DNA of 64,000 nt from positions 1,426,001 through 1,490,000 of the forward strand of contig OX337234.1 in the NCBI GenBank assembly GCA_946965045.2, written 5' to 3'. Numbering within the stretch: the first letter of the stretch is position 1; each line of letters begins with the position of its first letter. A program made the position numbers and the translations under genes. The notes beneath the pieces were generated by a model. It was not told where the DNA came from. It did no database searches and saw only the letters and a list, made by a program, of their open reading frames with translations. Of the stretch, positions 54,615-64,000 are shown piece after piece. The stretch is from Epithemia pelagica (taxonomy: Eukaryota > Protista > Bacillariophyta).

Positions 54615-56879
54615 TTACGGCTTTGAAGATGCTGCCCTCTTCTTTTGGGCCAAAACAAAGAGGTATGGGACCGGAAGAAGACTTCCATCTTGCATGGGGG
54701 ACGGAGTGTAAAAAGCATCTGGAACAACCTCTTTGGTCATTACATCAAAACCAGTCTCGTCCAACAGTTTCATTGCCTCTTGTTCTGCAATGCCATGAAC
54801 GTTTTGATGCGCGGTGCTACTGTTCCCATTCGACGGGTCGGATGAACAGGAATCCACGAGTTGGAAGGACACCCAAAGCTGTCCCCCTTGTTGAGCAACC
54901 GAAGATTCCTCATGTGGGTTGCCTTTGAGTACCGACGCTGCATTTTGAAGTACTTGACGTTGATTCAACAGTTCCATGGCTCCTGTACAAATGACCACAT
55001 CAAATAACTTGTCGTCGTCGTCGTTGGCTTTGAGGCTTGGCGTGTCAACCAAGAATGGTTGATTTGCGTTGGCTACAAAAGCCTGGTCATAACAACCGCG
55101 TTCCATGGTCCGTTCAATCATGCCTGCCGAAATGTCGGTTCCCACGAGATGTCCTTGGTACCCGCAGAGCCGAAGAATTTGACCCTGCAATCCAATTCCA
55201 CAGGCTACATCCAACACACGCAGACCAGTGGATGGTGACGACATGGAGGATATCCAGTGTCGGGCCGACTGGACGATAAAGCGTTCCACTTTGGATCGAT
55301 TGCCTACCGTCCATTGATCATAGTACGTGCTGAGTTTGTCAAACTTTTGCGCCAGCTGCTCAGGATCATTGGCCAATCTTTTGAGATCAAATCCCTTGCC
55401 AAACCGTTTCTTGTTTTGCGTGAACCAATTATCTTCGGGATCGATATAGCTGCAAGAAAAGCCTTTGTGTTGGTCGTCGTCCCTTGATTCCCTGTTTGCC
55501 TGTTCCTTTTCTTCTTGTTCATGTCGTTTTTGAATCTCTGTCACGACTGTGATAATTCTGGATTTCTTGTCATGATTTTCAAAGACAGCATTGAGTTGTG
55601 GTAAGGTTGCCGACAACAACGCTGTTAAATTGGTTTCGGACTCGGGGTCCTTCATGCCCGCTTCTCGGACAAGTCGCATTGCTAGTTCCTTCGACAATTG
55701 CTGCTTCTTGTCTCGATGGCCAGACCGGCTGGTTTCGGATAACAAGTCGCGAGCATCAACGTCGTTTGGCTTTGGTTCTGCTGGTAAAGGATCTGTCAAA
55801 TCACAAACCAACGCATTGTTGGGAGCAAATCCAAGTGATTCGTACAAGCTTTGGCCCATGCTTGAGGCAGCGACCAACATGGCGATATCACAGCCAATGC
55901 CGTGTAGATACTGGAGCGTCTCCTTCATTAGGGCTTTACCAATTCCTTGTCGTCGATACATGGGATCAACGTACACGGCCCAAATGGAGCCGTACTGAAA
56001 GTACTGTGAATGAACAATTTGGGGGAATGGACCTTGCCAGATTTGGCAACTCACCGATCCCAAAACTTTGCCTGACTCGGTACTCTTGGCCACCAGGGTT
56101 TTGTACTGGAGGGTTTTGCGCGCGTGATCAATAAATCCCAATGTATCTTTCTGGAAACTTGGCTTCAAGGACTCGGCCGGCATGCCTACATCGAGCCACA
56201 TTTTGTGCCAATGGTCGCAAACTATGGAATCCGAGTTTGCGTCCTCTTGAGTGACGTTGAAAGGCGTTTGTTGTTCCTTCTCCGTGTCTTTGAGTGTCTG
56301 GTTTTCAGTCAATGTCAGAGTCAACATGTTTCCGGATTGGAAACCTGCAAGGTGGAACCACTCTTTGGTTTGTTCGTCCAGGGCCAGTGTCAGTGCCTTT
56401 TTGCAGTCGTGTCGTTGGAGCTGCAACGATGCGGCCTGGATCAATGACACGGCGACGCGGGTTGCTTCCTCGGTGCTGGCAAATTCCTGCCGTGGAACGG
56501 ACAGGCCCCAAATGGCACCAAGCGCAAACGTGGACGGATCCACCACTTCGATCGGCACGGGTCCGGACCAGACTTGGCAGGCAATACAGGCCCGAATGGT
56601 GTCATGTTGAGGATTGCGTACCCCAAACGCTTGAAAGTGGTGACAGTCGCGGGCATTTTCGATAAAGTCTGCGGTAATTTCTTTGTGTCCGGGTAGGAAA
56701 AAGGGTGTCGTGGCAGGATCGCTTGAGACAGACTGATGATTTTGAGTTTCCCAGTGTTTGTACCAGTGCTCGGCCAGAATGGATTGGGTTTGCTTTGCAA
56801 CTTTGAGGTCCTCGCCACTGTCCTTGAGGACATCACAAAACAGTGGCTCAATTTCGTAGGTGGGATGTGGAACAGTCAT
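54615..56879 (-). CDS. GNAT (degenerate)-GNAT-class I SAM methyltransferase fusion
   Basis: IWAVYVDPMYRRQGIGKAL (acetyl-CoA motif); N-terminal internal repeat; VLDVACGIG, GTDISAGM, FDVVICTGAM. Confidence 0.85.
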   Translation of the reverse strand: MTVPHPTYEIEPLFCDVLKDSGEDLKVAKQTQSILAEHWYKHWETQNHQSVSSDPATTPFFLPGHKEITADFIENARDCHHFQAFGVRNPQHDTIRACIACQVWSGPVPIEVVDPSTFALGAIWGLSVPRQEFASTEEATRVAVSLIQAASLQLQRHDCKKALTLALDEQTKEWFHLAGFQSGNMLTLTLTENQTLKDTEKEQQTPFNVTQEDANSDSIVCDHWHKMWLDVGMPAESLKPSFQKDTLGFIDHARKTLQYKTLVAKSTESGKVLGSVSCQIWQGPFPQIVHSQYFQYGSIWAVYVDPMYRRQGIGKALMKETLQYLHGIGCDIAMLVAASSMGQSLYESLGFAPNNALVCDLTDPLPAEPKPNDVDARDLLSETSRSGHRDKKQQLSKELAMRLVREAGMKDPESETNLTALLSATLPQLNAVFENHDKKSRIITVVTEIQKRHEQEEKEQANRESRDDDQHKGFSCSYIDPEDNWFTQNKKRFGKGFDLKRLANDPEQLAQKFDKLSTYYDQWTVGNRSKVERFIVQSARHWISSMSSPSTGLRVLDVACGIGLQGQILRLCGYQGHLVGTDISAGMIERTMERGCYDQAFVANANQPFLVDTPSLKANDDDDKLFDVVICTGAMELLNQRQVLQNAASVLKGNPHEESSVAQQGGQLWVSFQLVDSCSSDPSNGNSSTAHQNVHGIAEQEAMKLLDETGFDVMTKEVVPDAFYTPSPMQDGSLLPVPYLFVLAQKKRAASSKP

Positions 56880-57196
56880 GTTACTTTTGGCCTTATTGAG
56901 ATTATGAGCCTTGTGGAAAGGGCAGAGACAAATAGTCCATGATTAAGTCCATGATTCAATCCTAGAAGAGACGTGTACCCGTTTTGCTCCTTTGTCCGCG
57001 ATTGGCAAAAAATGAGGGCGACTCTTGTGTCCCGCGCGCCAGCGCTCCTGCGACCGGAAGATTCAAGTTACTCCCTATCACTTTCAAGTTTCAAGCTGTC
57101 TAAGGTGCAATGGACAACACAAAACGCCGCCAATCTTTTGCCACGCATCATCATCATCGGTGTTCTCTCAATGGTATAGATCAAGCTCGTTGAAAA

Positions 57197-59711
57197 ATGG
57201 GGCTGTGGAAGAAACCAAAGTATCGCAAGAAACTGAAGGCCCTCGAGGCTGCGGCTTTGGCGCAAGAATCGGATGGACCCATGAGCACCGAAGGAGGTGC
57301 GACCGATTCGGACGACGGGGCCTCACGGCACGCCACCGCGGATGAGGTCCAATCATCCTCCTCAACGTCGTTTTCGGTTTCGTCCTCCTTGTCAAAGTCG
57401 TCTACGTACAAACAGGCTTCCGTTCGAGTCGGAATCACTGGATGGACCTGGAAGGAGCGAAAAGTCTTGGTGCGATATTTAAATCAATACAAACTTGGAT
57501 GCGAATCTTATTATGCTGGATTGGATCCTGCGATGGGCCACACGTCTCGGGAAGTGATTGGAGAAGTGGAATTTCCAATATTGAATGAAAAAGTCTTTTC
57601 AGAACCATATCTTTGTCTCCCCACTACGTTGACGAGTAAAAATCGAAAAATGGTTCATGAGTGCTGTGCCGAATGCTTTTTGTTTCATACATCCATTGGA
57701 GAACGTTCCAAAAGGAATCGAACCCTTGCGATATCCATTTATGCCAACGGCTTTCAGTTTTTGCCCACGAAAAGTTCTGCTACACCTACCGTAAGGTCGA
57801 GGGATTCCGTCGAAAATGGTGCAGAGAGCGAGGGAAATTCTACCAGTGGACGAGGATTCTATCATCCTCCGATACACCAATTTCGACCATGGTTTAGACT
57901 TGTCGACCGACCATGGCACATTCAGTCTGTCAGTCCAGAGGCGCTATCAAAGACTCACACCAATGGAAATCCCCCTCATGTTTCGTCGTCTCTGAGAGCG
58001 TCCAAGAGTACGGAAACGAACGGTCACACGTCTCTTGACCAGAGAGGAAAGAGTTTAGTGGATGAATTGATTGACAACCCTGAGAAATGTCTCCGCGAGG
58101 AACTGGATGATATGGACTTTGCTCGGTGGGACAAGGTCGACCTTTCGGACATTCCTCTGCCAACGGCATCTGCCGAGCATAATGGCAACAAATCTGGGAG
58201 AAATTCTACAACACCTGGGTGGACACTGGTGGACAGTGCCACAAAAATGAAAGCATGCGTCGCCGAGCTATCAGCAGCTTGTCCTACGGAGATTGGATTT
58301 GACCTGGAGTCCCTCAACACATCAAAGTATACTCAATTGACCTCACTCTTACAGATTACGTCCAATTCGGGCCATGACTACGTCATTGATCCTCTTGCCC
58401 CCGGGGTATGGGATCTCATTGGCCCTGGCTTGGCGCCGTTTTTTGCCAATCCCAACATTGTGAAGGTCGGTCACTCCATCGGTGGCTTGGACGTTCGTTC
58501 GCTGCATCGTGATTTTGGAATTTTTGTCGTGAATGTCTTTGATACGTACGAGGCTGCCCAAGTTCTGGGACTGGAATCTCATGGTTTGGCAAGTGTCTGT
58601 GAATACTATGGACTCCAGGACCCCGATCGATACAAACAACTCAAAGCAGAATACCAGGCTACGGACTGGCGACGGCGCCCACTGACGAAACCCATGCTGG
58701 AATACGGTAGATATGACGGTACGTCGTTCCCTTCGTTTCAGTACTTGTATAATGTTCTGTCGTTTTTGTTCCTGACTGAATGATGCAGTGCATTACTTGC
58801 TTCGGTTGAGAATGCTCATGATACGAGATTTGACTCGTACCCACTTGTACGACAGAAACCCTACGGAACGAGATGAGGAAGCCCATCGTGTAGCCTCATC
58901 AATGGCCAGTGCTTTGGCTCAATTTCGGGATGAGGAGGAGGAAGAAGAGGGATTCGGACCTAATAATACAGAAAGAGTACAAGAGCCCGTGGACGTTCTC
59001 CAGTGTGACAATTACGACAATACCTCGCATCATGACAAAGTTTTGTCATCTCAGAACCCCATTGCATCGGTCGCCTTGTTGCGAATGCAACCAAACCTCA
59101 TGAAAGTTATATCACTGAGCCAAGAAAGGTGCCGTGATTTATGGTCAGGTCGCCCCGAACCTTTTCTGACCCATTCAATCTACATCCAAATTCTTCATCG
59201 AGCACGCCGTGGAGAGCTCGATTGGACACCGGCGCATTTAAAGCTTTATGAGCAGCTGATGGAATGGCGTAAAAGAATCGCTGACGAACGCGAAATCCTT
59301 CCGGGTTTTGTTGCCCCTGTCGACTTTTTGATTCATGTGGCCCTGCAATGTCCCGTTTCATATATGGCCTTGCAACGGGTTTCCTTTCGTCTTCCAGAAC
59401 TTGTGGAAGAAGACCCGTCGTGTCGAGAGTCCCTCCTGGATGTGATTCGTAAAACAATATCCATCAATCGCGGAAGCGACAAACAAGCAGGTCTGCACGA
59501 AAATGGGAACGAACCCATCCTTCGATACAAATCCCCTGATATCATTGCCTTATCTCAAATACGTTTGAAACACAAGTCTCGAAATCGAGAGCCGCAGAAG
59601 CACCGACAAGAACAGACGTCTCGTCATTACGTGGATTGGACAATCGCTGCCGCCATGCTTGTGGCCATGTCTCTTGCTGTGGTGGCATTCTCGCGACCTA
59701 GATGGACATGA
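57197..59711 (+). CDS. R3H plus Rrp6/RNase D-like 3'-5' exonuclease plus HRDC, with a C-terminal TM; intron 58718-58788
   Basis: NRKMVHECC (R3H), IGFDLES, KVGHSIGGLD, TDWRRRPL...YGRYD|VHYL, LMEWR...DERE (HRDC), hydrophobic tail. Confidence 0.85.
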
Positions 59712-59951
59712 TTCGTGACGATTGATCGACAGTTGTGAGCGCAAACGTGTCCGTCGATCCTCGTCGATCGGCACCATGATGACAGATAGTACAACTTTTC
59801 GCCTTGCAACGACTGGCTCGAACGTGGCATAAACAGGATGCACGACAGGAGTGAAGTCCACGTCTGGAGAACCAGTAATCACAACTTTCTCTGTTCATAA
59901 AAAGTTGCTAATACAACAACACAACAGAACAAATTAGAAAACGATATCATC

Positions 59952-62011
59952 ATGGGAGGTAAGTAATATGGATAACTATTCTTATCATGGCATTTTCCCC
60001 CGATAGCTGACGTCTGTATGGTTTCCTCACATGTTCGTCGCTTATTGTCTTTCCAGTGACAGGAGAGTCCATCGGCATTGACTTAGGAACGACGTATTCC
60101 TGTGTTGGAGTCTGGCAGAACGGCCGGGCCGAAATTATTGCAAATGACCAAGGGAACCGCACCACTCCGTCCTATGTTTCCTTCACAGGGACAGAACGTT
60201 TGATTGGTGACGCGGCAAAGTCTCAAGCAGCCATGAATGCAGGCAACACCGTGTTTGATGCCAAGCGATTGATCGGCCGGAAAATCAGTGATCCGGCTGT
60301 CCAAGCTGACATGAAGCATTGGCCATTCAAGGTCGTTTCGGGACAAGGAGGTCACCCAGTCATTGAAGTTGACTTCAAGGGAGAGAGAAAGCAGTTCAAA
60401 GCAGAGGAGATTTCTTCCATGGTCCTTGGAAAAATGAAGGAGACCGCGGAAGCATACTTATCGAAAGAAGTGAAAAATGCAGTAATCACCGTCCCTGCGT
60501 ATTTCACCGATGCTCAGCGCCAAGCCACAAAAGATGCAGGTTTGATTGCTGGTTTGAATGTCCTGCGAATCATCAACGAGCCAACTGCTGCTGCAATAGC
60601 CTATGGCTTGGACCAGAAGGCAGATGAAAAAAATGTGTTGATTTTCGATCTTGGTGGCGGGACATTTGATGTTTCACTTTTGACCATCGAAGATGGTATT
60701 TTCGAGGTGAAAGCAAGTTCGGGCGATACACATCTGGGAGGAGAAGACTTTGACAATCGCTTGGTAGACTACATGTTGCAAGAATTCAAGCGCCGCCACC
60801 GAATGGATATGTCTGGAAACCAACGAGCGATGCGTCGTCTTCGTACAGCTTGCGAACGCGCCAAGCGCACGCTTTCTTCCTCTCCACAAGCGTACATTGA
60901 GGTCGACTCACTTTATAATGGTGTTGATTTCAGTGCAACCATTACTCGAGCCCGCTTTGAAGATTTGTGTATGGACTACTTCAAGAAGTGCATGGAACCA
61001 TGTGAGCAAGTTCTTCGTGATGCAAAAATGGCCAAAAGTCAAGTGCATGAGGTTGTGCTCGTGGGTGGTTCGACTCGTATTCCGAAGATCCAAGCTCTGC
61101 TCTCGGAGTTCTTCAATGGCAAGGAACCATGTAAATCGATCAATCCTGACGAAGCAGTTGCTTATGGTGCCACAGTCCAGGCGGCAATCTTGTCGGAAAC
61201 GGACACGTCAGGAAAATTGGAAAAATACTTGTTGTTGGATATCACCCCGTTGTCCCTGGGATTGGAGACTGCTGGTGGAGTCATGACAACTCTCATTAAG
61301 CGCAATACTTCTGTACCCACCAAGAAGACTCAAACTTTCTCGACTTTTGCGGACAACCAAACCAGTGTATTGATTCAGGTGTTTGAAGGAGAACGGGCCA
61401 TGTCGAAGGACAATAATCTGCTGGGAAAATTCAATCTTGAGGGAATTCCTCCCATGCCACGTGGACAACCTCAGATCGACGTTACTTTCGATATCGATGC
61501 CAATGGAATCTTGAACGTCTCCGCTGTTGAGAAATCGACTGGGAAAGAGAACACGGTTACCATCCGGAATGACCAGACTCGTTTGTCCCAGGAGGACATT
61601 GATCGGATGGTTTCAGAGGCGGAGTTGTTCAAGGCCGAGGATGAAGCCAACAAAAACCGTGTGAAAGCTAAAAATACAGTCGAAAACTATTGCTACAGTC
61701 TCAAGTCTTCTTTGGCATCTGACGAAATAAAGGACAAGATCCCTGTCGATGACAAGAAAGCATTGGAAGGCGCCATAGAAGACACCATCAAGTGGTTGGA
61801 CACCAATCCCTCGGCCGAAATCGAAGAGTACGAGGATAAACAAAAGTCTTTGGCGGCTGTTGCCATGCCGATTTTGCAAAAGATGGCGAGTGGGACTGAA
61901 GGTATGTCCGGAATGGGTGGAGGTGGAGAGTCCATCCCGGACATGGGTGGTGCCACAGTTCCTCCTGGTTCCGACACTGCTTTTGGACCAACCATTGAGG
62001 AAATTGACTGA
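59952..62011 (+). CDS. HSP70: Cytosolic HSP70; 7-nt first coding exon, intron 59959-60056
   Basis: [38 protein letters not shown], terminal EEID; ATGGGAG|GTAAGT...TTCCAG|TG. Confidence 0.96.
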
Positions 62012-62539
62012 ACGTTGTGAACTTAGGCTTGTGCCTATTGTAGAGAATCTTGAGAACTTGTTATAGAGACGAAAGCGAAATGGAATAACTTATCAGTCCG
62101 CAACCCAAAAGCATAGTGTATGTGCATGTTGCCTACGCCTACTACTACTCAAATTAAGTCTATTGGGAGTACGAGTCAGGGGTGAGAATCTGGTCGCGCA
62201 AAATAAAGGATTGGATAATCGATGGGCTGCAGAACCAGGCGATCACGATGGAACGATCAACGGCCACGGGCGGTGAATTGAATCTTCCACGCTCGAGGAT
62301 GAAAGTACGCGCATGGCATCGCAACGGTGGCAAGAAATGCAACCCGCCACGAAGGCGCGGTGGCCATTTCTGAAGGCGAGATGCATCCGTCGGATTCGGG
62401 TGCGATTCAAGCCGAATCCCTGGTGGTTGACAAGCCTTTGGGTTTCAAAGCGTCTCAGTAACGCTTTGTAGCCTTCATGGCTGCCAAAAATCTCTTTAGA
62501 GCCAGCAACGGTGAGCCTTTCTATCTAACACATACTCGA

Positions 62540-63644
62540 TCAGGATTGACCATGATCATCATCGGAATCAACATCCAGATCTTCCGCCGGACAATCAGGC
62601 ATCAATTTTGTTCCACAGTGAGAAGAGAAATGGATGGCGCCCTTCACCGCAAGGAGGAAGGGATCCGGTAGACACGATGTGCTTAAATCAAAATTTCCCT
62701 TTGCCACCTTGACGGTTCCCCAGTGCAACTCGCTTTTCAAGGTTGGCAATTCAATCCTTGGTTGCAAAGACCCCCGTAATTCCTGAACTAAAAGCTTCCA
62801 GCGAGCGAGAGAAACATCCGTGCTGTTTCCCGCCGTGATGTTGACTTCTTCCAGTATGTCAACGTCTTCACAATCGATTAGCGATTCAGCAATATCCATC
62901 GCGAAAGCTCTCAATACTTGTATTGCGATTTCAATATCTGCCTGGCTGCAGTATTCCCTCACATACTGCAACACATTGCGACATGCATGTCTAGCTCGCA
63001 AGCCGCAAGGAAGAACCAGCGCAGAGTACGGAGTTCCATTCCACGCCTTTATGTCCGGCAACGAGAGGATTGGCAAGACAATAAGAGCTGGAGGAGTGAA
63101 ATCGAGCAACTGCTTTTGGAGGAAGAGGTGAAATTTGTTGTATTTGCCGTGCTTTATGCCGGAATCGTTCATTCGTTGTCTGCGGCCCTTAAATTCCGTT
63201 GAGAAGCTTGCGACGTTTCTGATAGTTATCAACGAAAAAGCCACTTGCGGCCTGTGTAATCTTCAAGTAGGCAACATGGGAAAGCGGGTCATTTGAGAAA
63301 AGATGGGCGCGTTCTCCTTCCAAATTAAACAGAAAGTCGACACTGGTGAACTTTTGCAGTGTGTTTGTTGCGTCCGATTGAACGCTAGAAGCTTCCGCGC
63401 ACGCTTCCAAGTAGTCAGCATTTGCAGTGTTTGGATAAAGCAAGGCACCTTCTTCCTCACTTCTTTTCACACGGGAGATATTTGAACCTCCCGGAGAGAG
63501 GTTTTCAAAGGCGGTATCGCACAAAGCACCCAACGCCCAAAAGTGCAACCCCTTTTGTCGTGCTGTTCGTTCCTTCGGATCCAGGGAGTCAAGAAATTCG
63601 TCGTTTTCGGCCTCAATTTCATCTCGATAACTTTGAAGGTTCAT
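62540..63644 (-). pseudogene. Putative HNH_2-like nuclease with a frameshift at 63191-63193
   Basis: ERAHL...KLLNGI and KGRRQRMNDSGIKHGKYNK...LD..P join after removing one T; C-terminal PDPFLLAVKGAI..S. Confidence 0.5.
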
Positions 63645-64000
63645 TTTGTAAATTGTAGACTAGGCATTGCTCTCATCATATGCGTAAGGCAAGAAGGGGA
63701 GAGTTTACCCTGCACCAACAATTCAACGCATCGGCCATCGGCATCATCCACAACAACATGAACATACTCGTAGGACAAGGACACCTCAGTCTCGTACATA
63801 ACAAAGTTTTGGGGACAGGTCTTTGAAAACGAGATGATTTGGAAGCACTGTTCACAGGACAGGCACGATTATAAGGGCCATATAAAGGTGTTGGCTGGGT
63901 TCTTGTTCCTCTCTTATCAGCTCTTTGTCACATAACATCTACTATCTTATAGTTACATATACCGGTGCTCTGGGGGGGCGAGCCCCCCACCCATCCTTTC

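Overview
Eukaryotic nuclear DNA with compact genes, short GT-AG introns and bipartite plastid-targeting leaders. It is inferred to be a diatom, from a DUF6824 protein, leader motifs on ChlG, TLDc and PPR proteins, and a diatom-style copia element; the species cannot be determined. About 25 genes are supported, including TLDc, ALDH6/MMSDH, PDZ-PPR, ChlG, two cold-shock proteins, a BMT5-like methyltransferase, IGPS-like, SDR, RUS1, GNAT-GNAT-methyltransferase, an Rrp6-like exonuclease and HSP70. An accessory island spans about 25-38.5 kb. It holds a duplicated, microhomology-deleted copy of the IGPS locus, a P-loop NTPase insert, and a Crinkler-like Ubl-REase-kinase gene. That gene is split by a young, complete 7.2-kb Ty1/copia LTR retrotransposon (237-bp LTRs, TTTGG TSD). 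The strongest candidate novelty is in this element: gag and pol are in one frame separated by a single UGA, followed by a long GC-rich hairpin (candidate programmed readthrough). Pol also begins with a membrane-like helix, and the primer site is of the half-tRNA type. Several genes carry single lesions that may be real or assembly errors. No rRNA, tRNA or CRISPR array was seen.
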